NCBI GenBank assembly: GCA_019828565.1
Contig: JAHDYR010000052.1
Coordinates: 1 to 62,183, forward strand
DNA: 62,183 nucleotides
Source: Carpediemonas membranifera BICM
Lineage: Eukaryota > Protista > Fornicata
Reading direction: 5' to 3'
Part shown: positions 35,001 to 47,824 of the stretch, one piece after another
Position numbering within the stretch: position 1 is the stretch's first letter
How the letters are laid out: each line of letters starts with the position of its first letter
Notes under the pieces: model-generated
What the model was told of the DNA's origin: nothing
What the model saw: the letters and a program-made list of their open reading frames with translations, nothing else
Database searches by the model: none
Made by a program: the position numbers and the translations under genes

Positions 35001-36168
35001 GTGTCGCCGATTAGGCACGAAAGCAGGACATCCCGCTTCGAGCAGATGCTTAGCCGCAGCGTAGAGCACATTCTGCAACTAAGAGATGGTCTGGAAGGCA
35101 AAACTCGTAGAATGGCTCTCGATTATGGAGATTACGGGCTCCGCATGCCAATCCCATCACTCGTCTGGAAATGCGCATTTTTGGGCACGGAACACCAGCT
35201 GCACCAGCTGCTTCCGGACCGGTCTGTGCACCTAGACGAGGCCCTGTTTACCGTTGAAGGCGCCGAAGAGTGGCCTAGGACCAAGGACGAACTCTATGAG
35301 ATGGAGGCCAAAAAGCCTCAGAAACAACTCACAAAGTACCATAGAGACGCCTGGACAGTCCAGCACCGCCCATCAACGCCGTCTGACTTCAACTTGGACC
35401 GCAATGCGGCCACTCAGGCCCTGAACGACTCCTCCCAGCGCGCTGCCCCGGCGGCTGGAATTCTCCGGCAAGAGGCCGCACTCACCCCAATTGAGCTAGA
35501 ATCGAAGCCTGTTGGCTCAATATTTGTCCCAATTGCCAGGGCACACCTGGATGTCGCCCCGTTCGAAGAGTGGCCCGAGACTTGCCCCCTGTGTCAGGCC
35601 CAGCGCTGCACCTGGCAGCATGCCCTCTCGTGCCCACACACCAAGGGAACCGCCCACACCGAGCGTCACAACCATGTTAGAGACGCTGTGAGCGCCGTGT
35701 TGACCGACGACGACGTTAGAGGTCGACCCATGGCCCGTTGCCAGGCCGAGGTCGCGCTCACCTCTCGTCACCCCCGCTACCAGCAGGCCGATACCGAAGC
35801 GCCCAGACGCAAGGTGGCCGACCCTCATGGTGGCAGGCGAGAGAGACGTGGTCGGGAACCGTGTCCACGAGGAAGTCTATGTCGACTTCGTGGTCAGCCT
35901 GCACCCGCGGGAGGCTGAGCTAGAGAAGCTCCGCGAGTACCGCAACTGGCAGGTCACCTTCGTGCCTGCTGCCTGCACGGTTCTGGGCGAGACTGAGTCC
36001 CGTCTGACCGAGTGCTGGGTCGCCCGCCTCTGTGCCGCGATTCGCAGGCCGGCCCTCGTGGGCGCCATCCGTGACCGGGTATTCTGGTCCATCTGGGCGG
36101 ACAACCAGACCGTCTGGTCGGACTATGTCTCCCAGTGCAAGGCCCGTTGGGCCGAGCACCACCAATAA
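32039..36168 (+). pseudogene. CRE-like unit 8 (B + Z), two frameshifts and QGDP>QEDP
   Basis: ORFs 32003..34687, 34602..35918 and 35827..36168. Confidence 0.9.
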
Positions 36169-37047
36169 TCTGCCCTCCCCACAAAATGCCGGAGTCGCGA
36201 CTCTGCTGACTCGGCCACTCTAGGCTGCGTCGTCCCCGAGCCCCCCTGCGCCTCCCGCCCCATCGCCGCATCGCATAACGCATCCCCTGCCCCTGCGCGA
36301 GAGTGGTTACCCTAAGTTCCGCGGAGTCGCGTGTCGTTCGGACAACCTGGGAAAGTAAATTCGGCCATGGTATCCAGAGGAAAGTTGCTCGATTCGCCGC
36401 CGCAAGGCGACGAATCCTGCCATACATCCGATGACGGACCAGGTGACACGAATTACCAGAAACTAGCGCTGTTCGCTGCGCTCCTGCGCGTAATGGACGA
36501 AATTCGTCAGCACTGCCCGAAAGGCTCGTGGCCGAAGAACGCTGAGGCCTTCATCGAGGTTTGTATGAACAAAGATCGTTTATTGCGCCTTGTGACGGAC
36601 AACAAACGCTTCTTCACGATCAACAACCTTTCTTTGATCACGGACTACGTTCATGCGGCCACAAACCGCTTCGGGCCAGGCCATAAGCCGAAGGCATCCC
36701 GCCGTGATGACCACATCGCCAATGCCACTTCACTTCTCCACGCCGCAGCCACCAACCAGGTGTTCACTGCTACGATCTCGATTGATCGTGCCAACGAGGC
36801 CCTCGAGCGCGTGATACGGGGCAGAAGGACCGATGAGCAGCTCATGAGGGAGCACCCTCGTCCGCTCCGCCCGTCCGAGATCGCCGCTCGCCGCGCCAAG
36901 ACCGGGCGTCAGTCATACGCCCAACTGATCAGCCGTGTCGAGGAGGCCCGCCCGGCAAGCCCTGCGCGAGACCGCACTGCCTTCCTCAAGGCAGAAGCAT
37001 ACGCGTGTCGCGTAGCTGCTGGCCGCGCAGACCGTCAACAGCAGGGT

Positions 37048-37461
37048 GATAGGCCCCCGAGCCCCACCCCTGCCCAGGCTGCCCCCACCGACTCCGCTGC
37101 CGCCCAAACTGGGCCGCAGCCCGCAGCCGCCCAGCGGGATGACCGGTCTACCGACCCCACCCCTGCCCAGGCTGCCCCCACCGACTCCGCTGCCGCCCTA
37201 ACTGGGCCGCAGCCCGCAGCCGCCCAGCGGGATGACCGGTCTACCGACCCCACCCCTGCCGATGCTGCCCCCACCGACTCCGCTGCCGCCCTAACTGGGC
37301 CGCAGCCCGCAGCCGCCCAGCGGGATGACCGGTCTACCGACCCCACCCCTGCCGATGCTGCCCCCACCGACTCCGCTGCCGCCCTAACTGGGCCGCAGCC
37401 CGCAACCGCCCCGCAGGGTGACAGGCCCACGCGCCAGACCCCCGCCCAGGTTGCCCCCACC
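37048..37461 (+). repeat. 93-bp (31-aa) linker VNTR, 4 full copies plus a partial copy; 1-4 copies in other units
   Basis: DRSTDPTPADAAPTDSAAALTGPQPAAAQRD-type units. Confidence 0.95.
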
Positions 37462-38240
37462 CAGCCAGAGGAGAGGAACATCGACGACACCGCAGTGTCC
37501 GAGTTCCTCTCCCTGGCGGGCGTCGAAGGCGGGGAAGGGGAGAGAGCTGAGCCAGAGACCGAGCACGAAGCCCGTGGTGACTCAGCCAACTCCCCCCTTC
37601 GCCCGCCGCCGCAGGTTGACCCCGCCCACCGGCTCACAGGGTGGCTCGACCGCACGACCATCGACGCTGTTCGCCGCAGCTTTGACGCACATGTACCGCG
37701 GGAAGACAGAGACATGTGGTCGACCAACGACCAGGTCGTCGCGACGCTGACGTCTGTCGACGCCGTCCGCTGGCTCTCCCGGGGGCAAAATGGCCAGAAC
37801 CGCATGTCCAGAGCACGCTGGACGACTCTCCTCGAGCAGGTCTTTGCGGCTCACCCGAGGAACCGGCCTTCGTATGCGTTCCCGCAAGGCCTGAAGTCGT
37901 TCGCACCCAGGTTCGTGGCGTTCATGAGGGAAGGGTTGGGTATGCCAGTCGACCCCGCTCTCCCAGCTGTCCCGCAGCCAAGGACGGCCCAGCCAGCCAG
38001 AAGAAGGCTCACTGCTCCCCGCCCGCAGCCGGAGACCATCCTTCCAGAGCTCCCAGAGGACCTCAAGTTCCTCCCCTCCCCGACGGAGGCCGGCAGGATT
38101 GGGAAGTCGAAGCCTTCAAGGAAGGGTGCGGTCTCATTCGTGAAGGGTCTCATCAACCTGTTGGAGGCCCTGAACGAGGTGCCTGCCCAGCAGAAACGGC
38201 GTGGCCTTATTGCCATCATGACCCATGGTCAGACGGTGTA

Positions 38241-41043
38241 AGAAAGAAAGAAATTTATGGTGCTTGGATTCTGACCCCGGACTGAGCTTGTTTCCCGTTG
38301 TCTTGGAGCTGAGTGCCCCGGGGTACTGCCTATTTCCCGTGGCAAACTGGTCAGCAGCGTTTGCCTTGGGCTTTCGGTGCTACTGTCTCCGCGGAAAGCC
38401 GATTCCAATCGCCCCAGAGGCCCTGCGGCCATCTCCGTGCAAATATGCTTTCCTGTCTCCCTGAAAGTCCGGCAACTATCCGGGGAGCCTGGGGGTCTGT
38501 CCTCGGGGCATTGACAGGCAGGATCGTCCTGCAGAACCTTGACTATGACACTCCTTGCTTCCCTGCAGTCCTTGTAGAGCCGTTCAGCCACGGCACCCTC
38601 TCGTCTGTCCGGTTCCCCAATTCCATGCCCCCTCGACTCTGTTAAGAAGCCTACCCGAAGGCGGGGAAAGTGACTAAGTCCATGCTGTCTACCCCGGTTA
38701 GGTGGCGTGGGTCAGGGCATGGGTGGTGTACCCCCAGGCACTAGGCCTGGTTGTCCTGTTACCCCTTACAACATTTCGCTTGCACTACATGTCCTTGGTT
38801 TCCCATGTCGTTAACAAGGGCGGCAGGGGCACCTGTGCCCCTCCGACCCCCGTGGCCAGTCCCTGCAGTTTCCTTGGGGTCCCAACGAGTGGTGCAACCA
38901 TATGAATATGGATTTCCTTGACCTTATCCTTGCTCTGTCCTTGTTGCATGTCCTTTCTTTCTTATTTCTGGTCTGTCCTTCCTGTTAATTCCTTGCAGTC
39001 GTTCCTTCCCTTGCTTTGGTTCCTGGCTACCGGGATACGTGGGGCCTTTCCTCACTGATCCCAGGAGCTTAGCACCAGCGAGGGTGGTCCATGGCTGATT
39101 CCTTGTCCATCCCTTCCCGGTCCTGGAGTCAGGGGTTCATGACATGCTTCTATTCCACCTTGAAGCTGTTGTAAACCTTTGCCAGTTCCCGTAGTCCTGC
39201 CGTGAGGCCTTCCCAAATGTCTATTTCTGTCCATGGGGTTCGCTGGAGTTCGCTCCACACTCCGTTCCCGAACACTTTGTCCCTTGCCTTTGCTCCCCTG
39301 TTGTTCACTGGGTCGCCCATGCATGCTCTTATAGTCTCTTCCCATTGGTCCGAGCTCTTGATCCTGTTCAGCTTTGAGACTGTGACTGGCCCCTCCTTCT
39401 TTTTCATGGGCCAGGTGTGCACCTCGGGTATGGCCAGAGCCACGTCTCGCTCACTTCTGCCATAGTACCGTTGTTCCTTCCATGCTAGTGTGATTCCATT
39501 GTGTGCTGAGCCCCATACCCCGACCTTCTGAGACTCTACCACCTCAATCTCCGCCCCCTGGATTCCTGGTGTTGTCACTGCAAAGTCCGGGGTTGATGTT
39601 CCTGATGTGAGCGTCCCAGACTTGGGTATGATGGCTTTGAGCCTGTGCTTCTCCATCATATCCTTCCACCGGGTGGATCTTTCCATCTGGCCTGGGTCGA
39701 TGTTCCAGTCTCCCATAATTATGGCCTCCATGCTCCCTTTCATGTCCATGATCTTCTGTATAGTGTCCCTGAATCCATCCTTCTCCTGCTTGCTGTGGCC
39801 GGATGGAGGGCCATACACGTTGATGACTAGTATGTCCCTGCCGGTTCTCATTATGCTGGCTTGCACTCTTCCCGATAGGCTGTCCGTTATGCCGATGTCC
39901 CACTTTGCAGTTGCGTGTGGGCTCACTCTCGTGCCGATGCCTTCCCTTGTTCCCTTCCATCTTGGCCTTCTTGACGCTGTCCCTGTCTACATCCCATTCG
40001 ATGGGCCCATCTTCCTTCGGCTTGAGGATCGCCGTCTCGATGTCCTTCTCAGATGGCCATCTTGCCATGCCAGTGAAGCCCGCTTTCAGCGTCTTGGGCT
40101 CCAGTGCCTGTGCCATGTCCTTTGCTTCCTCGTCTCTGGGGTTGAGCGCCTCTGTGAGCATGTAGAAAAGGTCGCGGAGGCCGTGGATGCCGCATGGGTT
40201 CCTGAGGATGATGTCCTTGTTGTCAGTGACGCCGGTTGCGAAGAGGATGCGTCTGGCGTTCATGATTACTTCCTTGCGTCCTTTGGAGTTCGCATTGAGC
40301 GACTTTCCTGTAAACTTGCCTGTTCTACGAAGAAGTAGAGTCCTTGAATCGTTCCTTTCAGCGAGGAAGCTGTCCAGTAGTTCCCTGATGTCCTCCCACT
40401 GCTTCTGCGTGGAATCCCTGATCCTTGTCGGTATTTCTACCTGCATTGTTGAGTGCAAAATTTCTCCCCTTTTCCTAGTCCATAAACTGGGTCGGAATTT
40501 TTGGGTCCGAAAGTCGGGCCACATGTACATATCCGGGTGAGGTCTCCGTCCAGGCCTTCCAGTTTCTCCCATTGTCCATGCTCCGAACTATATAGGCCAT
40601 TCTTTCAAAAAGGCGCGGTCCTAAAAATGCGTCGCCCTTTTCTGAGTAGCGGGGCCTTTCTGTGTAGTTGTTGTTGCTTTGTTCGTAGTCTCCTTTTAGC
40701 CTCTATCGACGGCCCCTGTTTCCCTTTTGTGCTGCCCTTCCTTCCTTGTGGTCTTGACAAAACCATGTAGCCGCCGGTGCTAGCACTGGCCCTCGACGGT
40801 TGTTTTCCTTTTCCTTGTAAACATACGTTCCATGAAGACACTTTGATTCCTTGGTATGGGCGTGGAGCTCCCACTCGCGCCCAGCGGTATGCCCTGATAG
40901 CAACCCTTGAATGTTCAGACAGGAGGCCAAGGCCGCTCCTTCTGAGCTCCATGGGGCACTGCCCTATCCATATAGGCCAGGCCTGTTGGTCCTTGTCCAT
41001 CCATGATCGAAGTGTTTCCACTTTGCTGAAATCATTGGTGAAC
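38241..41043 (-). mobile_element. LINE-B copy 1, non-autonomous, two internal deletions, both ends apparently present
   Basis: TSD TGGTCAGACGGTGTA at 38226-38240 and 41044-41058; (TTTC)n tail. ORF1 N-terminus joined to mid-APE at ~39964; RT absent. Confidence 0.92.
39150..40572 (-). pseudogene. LINE-B ORF1 N-terminus fused out of frame to a partial APE/C-terminal ORF2
   Basis: ORFs 39544..40572 and 39150..39926 match copy 2 on either side of a ~3.5-kb deletion. Confidence 0.85.
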
Positions 41044-43798
41044 TGGTCAGACGGTGTACAAGCCCGCCAAGAAGCAGGTGACACTGCGGACCCGGACCAA
41101 GGAGCGCTCGGCCTTCACCAAGGCCTCGGCCGGCTACTACTCCAGTGGCCTGAAGATCCTCCTGTCTGAGGACATGGACCTCAGCCCGACCGAGGTTGAC
41201 GAGAAGCTGGTGGAGCTGCAGGCCGAGCCAATGGCAGACCCACGTCTCTTCCACCCACAGCAACGGGCGGGTGCGCTGGAGTCATATGAGGTCACCCCGG
41301 AGTCTGTGACATGGGCCCTGGACAGGCTCAAAGCAGACTCGGCACCGGGACCCTCGGGCCTGAGTTTCCTTCACTTGAAGCTGGCCTACCGCCTACGCAA
41401 ACACAAGTTTGTTGCTGCTGTCACGCCTCTGATCAACGACATCATCAACGGGGAGCCCTACACTGAGATCCTGTCGCACTCGAGGCTCGTTGCCCTGCCT
41501 AAGGGAGACTCCAAGGTCCGGCCCATTGCAATGGGCGAGAGCCTGAGACGCCTCGCAGGCAAGGTCCTAGCCCACGATGTCGGGCTGAGGATTATTGGCG
41601 ATGGTGTGTGCGAGGGGCAGTTCGGACTGGGCGAGAGCTGCGGCCTGGACTGCATGGGTGACATTCTGAAGACAGCGTACGCCGGCGGTGCGCAGCTGTG
41701 CGCCGTTGACATGTCCAATGCGTACGGAACCGTCAGTCGGCAGCATCTGTCTGAGGTCGCACAGGCGTGGGCCCCGGTCTTGCTACCGTACCTGCACACG
41801 ATGTATGCCGGGGGCAAGATGATCACACCAACAGGCCTTGTCATCCCGTCCCGGGAGGGCATCCAGCAAGAGGACCCCATATCTCCGCTGCTGTTCACCC
41901 TGGCGATGAAGCCGGTCCTGGACCAGATCAGAGGTGAGTTCCAGGAGTGCAGGATGGTCTCCTATCAGGACGATGCTTACTTGATCGCGCCAGCGTCCAT
42001 GCCGGCCTCACGAGTTGATCGGTTCTACGACCGGATGGCTGAGGTTTGTGGCCGCATCGGCATGCGCGTGAACACGGCTAAGTGTATGGTGATCAGCGCT
42101 GCTGGCTCCCCGGGTGCCATTCAGCGGGTAGTCAACGGTAGAGCCGTTGGAATCCCTGTTGGTGACGCTCATGGTGAGGCAAGAGCTGTCGATGATGTCT
42201 TCTCGGAGATGGAGATGGCGACTGCTCGCGTCGTGGAAATGGTGGAAACTGTAGGGCCTTCTGCGGCCAGCGTTGCGCTGAATATGATTCGTTCATGCAT
42301 TCTTGCGATGCCATCCGCAATCTACAGAGCTGTGTCGCCGATTAGGCACGAAAGCAGGACATCCCGCTTCGAGCAGATGCTTAGCCGCAGCGTAGAGCAC
42401 ATTCTGCAACTAAGAGATGGTCTGGAAGACAAAACTCGTAGAATGGCTCTCGATTATGGAGATTACGGGCTCCGCATGCCAATCCCATCACTCGTCTGGA
42501 AATGCGCATTTTTGGGCACGGAACACCAGCTGCACCAGCTGCTTCCGGACCGGTCTGTGCACCTAGACGAGGCCCTGTTTACCGTTGAAGGCGCCGAAGA
42601 GTGGCCTAGGACCAAGGACGAACTCTATGAGATGGAGAAAGAAAGAAAGAATTTAATGTGTCCTGCTACTCGTCCTGCTGTGTAAGCTGAATGTCACAGT
42701 TTGTGTCACCCCTTCGAGGAACGCCTAAGCGTGTTGGTACCTCTACAGAGCACACCTAACACTTCCTAAGAGGGCGTGAACAACGGCCGTCAAGGCCTAG
42801 CTGGTACGCTAGAGGGATCCTATACATGGCCACATTAATACCCCCAAAGTTAGGCTAACCCAGGTCTTACTCTTAGGGGCCCTTTGGGTCCCAGGTCTGC
42901 CTGGCACCTACAAAGCCTTGCCCTGCACGCTGCTGTCAGGGACCTTCCGTACGTTTCCCCTCTCCCCCGGGTCCCCTAGGGAGGTCCTGGGGTTTCCTCG
43001 ACCCGCTCGCCATGTTTTCAGGCACCCGCCAGGGCGGGGTCGGGTCTAGAGTTCGCCGTACCAGCTGGGCCGGGTTAGGAACCCACCGACGCCGCGTAGG
43101 TAGACTTCCACGGACTTGCCGGCTGCGTTCGGGCTCATCTAGCGCTGTCCGATTTCACTCCAGGTTCCCATTATCGGGGGGGAGCTCCCAGGGGCGGTTG
43201 CCACGTCTTCCAGTGTTCCTGGCTAGGCGCCGGGCCACATCAGGATGGCCCTGCCTTCCCGGCAGGTTACCGACGGAGTGGGTAGCTTCTTGCGTCATCC
43301 AGTACCTCCGCCAGTCTGCCATGCATCATCCTCCTGGTGCGCCCCCCACTGTGTGGGGAGGGGGTACCCCCTTGCGCGCCGGAGGGATGCGCCGGACTGC
43401 TTGTCCGGACGCTTGCGCCCTACTGGCCCAGCTGTTTTGCCAGGCCTTCCCTATTTCGTGCTTGTTGTATGCGGTTGTCCCTTAGTGGTCCTTTTGCAGC
43501 CTTCCCTCCGCCTGGCGCTACCGGAACATGTGGTGTTGTCCTCATTGGTTCCAGGCCCGCTGCGCTTGGGGTCGGTGCTCGGGCCACCTTTCCAGGCCGC
43601 CCTGTGGGTTGGGCCTGTCCCCTCTTGGTGGTGGGGGAGTTGCTTCAAGTGTGATGCAGGCATCAGAGTGCTCCCCTTGCTGCGTGGGTTGGGTTGGGTG
43701 TGCGGCCGGGCGCTACCGGAACATGTGGGGGGAAAACACCTCCCGCCGGTTCCAGGAATGTTCCGCCCTGTGCCTTGTCTTCACCCAGGGCTTTCCTC

Positions 43799-46700
43799 CT
43801 AGGGGTCTGGGCCTGTTCTGAGGTTCATGAGGGCCTTTTTCCCGCATAATAGACCCTCCTTCACTGTTTCATCCTCCTGTTGCAGTAGCCAGTGGAGCTC
43901 CAATATGGCCCTGGAGTTATACCACTCCCCATCTGGGCCGTGCCGCAGCCTACTTGCCATGGTGTGTGTTGCCGCAGCTTCCCAGCACTGCTCCCACCCA
44001 CTTGGGCGGCCGACGCCCTGGCACTCCGCTATGATGTGGCTTTGTGTTCCTAGCGGTTGGTCTTCCAGCCACCCGGCTACTGCCACTAGCGCCTGCGCCT
44101 GGGGGGGGTATAGTTGGAGGTAGTTGATCAATTCGCGTTCGGCTGCGAGTGTGCATATCGGGCATATTCTTTGGATACGGTCGCAGAGCATTTCCTGCCC
44201 AGGGTACCTCCTGCTTATGATGAGCGCGGCTCCTCGAGTTGTGTGGCTGTTGCTAGCGGAGGGGAGCGTGTTGGAGGCTGTTGCAACTACCCTCTTCAGC
44301 TCCCTCCTGAGCATCATCTCCCCTCTGATAATCTTTGGTTTCTTGGGTGCTCTCCCGCCTGCCATTGTTTGCATTGCCTCCGCAGCTAGCACTTCGGCGG
44401 CCGCCTTGGCTGTTCGGCTACCTTTGGTGGCGATGTCTCGTGCTGTCATCTTCCATCCCCCGGCTATTGCTCTGGGTCTGGGTCCGTGAAGGTCGCTAGG
44501 GGCCAGATCTAGTACGTTGTCTGCCCACTTGTTCAGCTTTCCGATAACGGACTTGGGGTTCGCTCTTCCCCAGTCGAAGTCCGCTAGGGGCGATGGGCGG
44601 TCAGGGTCCCGGGCCGATTCGCGGATTCTAACCGCTCTTACACCCATGTCCGCTTCCCAGCACATCCATCCCATCATCAGGCGGGCGACACCCCCTCCAC
44701 CGGGTCCGGTTCCCGCCATGAGTCCTCGCCAGTCGTTCCAAAGCCTTCTGCCTCCTGGGACTTGGCCCCAAATTTCGATTCCGAATTCGATCTTTGGCCA
44801 TAGGAAGGTGCGGAGGATGGACTCGGAGACAGCCGCGGGCGTGGAGCCTTTAGTCCATCCCACTCTCCGGGCGAGGGCGATGTACTTGTTCGACTGTTCT
44901 CTTTTCTTTGCGATGCATGCGCTGAGCGGATGAGGGCCACTTGCTATCCAGAGTCCCAAGTATCGGCCTGACTCCGCTGCTCGGGTGGCCTCCCCTTGAA
45001 TTCGCACTTCCGCATTTGGATTGGTACTTATGACGATGTTCTTTCCTGGGCTGATACACAGCTTGTGTGCCACTATCACTTCCACCATTGCGGCGGTGAG
45101 GGACTCCGCATCATTTTTCTTTCTTTGCCGAGATGCTCGTATCGTCTACGAACATTGCTATGATGCCATTCCCGGGTCTGTGGTGGGTGGGGGGAAGCTT
45201 CGGGTCTGGTATCTCGCCGTACTGTATTCTGAGTGACGCCTGGCTAATCCAGTTGGCCGTAAATAGTATGAATAGGGTGGGGGCGACCACGCAACCTTGC
45301 TTGACTCCTAGATTCGTTTCGGACCATAGGTCGGATCCCCTTACCGCAATGTAGGTCCTCTCCATTGTGCTTTGTACTGCTCTGACTAGGTGGGGGTGTA
45401 CACCCATATTGATCAGCTTGCTGACTAGGATGTCCCTGGGAACCGTGTCGTACGCCTTTGCAATGTCGAGCAGCACGCTGGTCCGGTCTCCTTCTTGGTG
45501 CAGTTGGGTTAGGAGGGCGATGTGGTCTATGACTGTCTTTCCCTTCATGAAGCCGATCTGCTCTCTGGGGGTGTGCCTCTCAACTGTTGGTTTGAGCCTC
45601 CATTTGAGTACCTTCCCATATGCTCGGTAGAGGAGGGGGGGTGAGTGAGATGGGTCGGTAGGATCCTGGCAGTAGCTTATCTTTCCCTACTTTGTGTATC
45701 GGGGAGATGGAGGCGTACTTCCACGTGGTGGGTAGTTCCCCAGACTCGTATACTTTCTGGAAGAGGCATGTGATTGCCCTGTAGGCCGCCTGGGGAGGTC
45801 TCTCAGACATTCGCCCGTGATACCATCCGGGCCTCCTGCCGATGATTTCTTCAGGGACTTGATGGCGGCCGTGACCTCCTCCTCCGTGGGGGGTTGATCA
45901 GTTGTTTGGGCCGCCGGGATCTGGTCCCAACTAGGTGCTATGCCACTACTGACTTGGGCGTATTGCCTCTGCAGCTCCCTAGCTATCTCGTTTTCCCTTG
46001 TTAAGATCGACCTCTTTCCTCTGAGCATCGCCGGTAGCCCTGCGTGTTGTTTCTCGTTCCAGAACCTGTGGACCTGGTTTGCTATGACCTTCTTGGTGGT
46101 CTTATACCCTGCCCTTGCGCTGTTTTCCACCTGCTGCGTCCACTCCTCCTTGAAGCTTTTCCATGACTTCTGGAGCTCGTTGTTCAGGGTTCGCTTGATT
46201 TCCGCGGCCCCCGCTTTGTTCCATCGGGCTAGGATGAGTTGCTTCCATACGTTCTCCGGGATCCTTTTTGCGATCTCCCTGGTCTGACGTTCCTAGCGGA
46301 AGTTTGAAATCCCACCGATAAGAGTTCCCGTATTTGGTACTCGATTGTATCTACATGGAGCTCCACATCGGGTTGCGGCCATTCCCTTGCTCTTTCCCCG
46401 TTGCGCTCTGGGAGGACATTCCAGGTGGTTGTTCCTGGGATTTCCAGCTTGGGTTTGGCCGGTTGTTTCTTCCAATGCGGTTCGTCCCAGGTTAGCTCCA
46501 CTGCCCTATGGGGGAGCCCCAATGCCCCATCTCAGCTTTGTCAATGACTCTAGCTTTGGCCCTCGTGATCCCCCCAGATACAGCTGCATAATCCAGCGTC
46601 GAGGTGGTATTCCCACTCATGTATGTGTGAGACGAGGGGAAAACTAGGTCTAGATTGTTTCGCTGTAGTGTGGCGCTGGTGGCATGGCGCAGGCTCCGCG

Positions 46701-47169
46701 GGTCACGGTTCCAGTCCCCCATGATGATTATCTCGAAGCCGTGGTACTCTCTGACGATGTTTTCCAGCTGTTGGTCGAAGCGGTCTAGCTCCGCTGCGCT
46801 GCGGTCACTTGGAGGGGCGTATATGTTGATGACTGCGATAGCCCTTGAGGTTTCGAGGATGCTAACTTGAACTCGGGGGTTCGTGCCGTCAGATACTCCT
46901 ACATCCCAGGTTGCCTGTGAATGTGGGCTGATCACCGTGGCTACGCCTAGGTTAATCTTGCCCTTTCGAGCCTTGATGGGTTTGGCGTGCCCTGCACATG
47001 CGTATTGTAGGTCCGCCCAACAGGGGACTACGGAGTTACCGTACCTGAATGTTTCCTGCAAGAGGAGGGCGTCCGGGCTCGTGTGCTTGCGAAGCGCTAC
47101 CGCTATAGATCCGCTGTAGTCTTCATTGCCCGTTAAGTGTCCTTGGCTGTTAAGGGAGACTATTCGCAT
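43799..47169 (-). pseudogene. LINE-C ORF2: APE + RT + split CCHC, frameshifted
   Basis: RIVSLN, LQET, INIYAP, GDWN, LDY; SYRPISLT, LDIAKAYDTV, GVKQG, FVDD, RYLG; CPIC..HIIAEC. Confidence 0.92.
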
Positions 47170-47824
47170 TCAGGTTGTTACTGCCTTAACCTGCACTCCT
47201 TATTCTGCACTACCTGCACACTTTCATCTTGTTGTTGGGGTTTAGCATCTGCATAGTTGCCTTCCCAATGGGTGAGCGCCTATGTCGTCGTTGTTTAGCA
47301 CGTTGGGTGGGCCGCTTCCCGCCCTGTGGGTTGTTGGTGGGCGGCCCGGGTAGGCGTCTTCTTTGCCCTTGATATTTCTCCAGGACCCAGAAGCATGCGC
47401 CATTCACATGGGGTGCTTGGCCAGAACGGCTGCTTCCTCCAGAGTCCCCAGACGTGGCCCAGGTTCCCTCTTGGAGCTGACCTAGGGTGTACCACCCCTT
47501 TCACTGGCCGCGCCCTCGCGGTGCTTGTCGGGACTTTCGTGCCAGTCTCTATAGCGCTTCTGGCCTCGCACATTGGCAGCATCGTTACCTAACTACGCAT
47601 AGGTGGGAGCGACTCCTTTCGGCGCCCCTCCCAAGGCTGGAGTTCCAGCCTGCCGGACAGGCGGGTCCTCGATGGCGTTCCAACTGCCTCTTACCCGCCC
47701 CCCGGTCCCTGCGGGGAACAGGGGTTTTAAGAAAAGAAAAAGTCACCCGGGCATTGGCGCCAGTACAGCCCTTCTGGCGGGCTCCAACGCTGCGCCTATT
47801 CCGGCGCCTTCACTTCACCTAGTC

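Noticed and set aside
37048-37461. 93-bp and 36-bp repeats as CRISPR arrays
   Set aside because: They are contiguous in-frame coding repeats with no unique spacers, and no cas genes are present.
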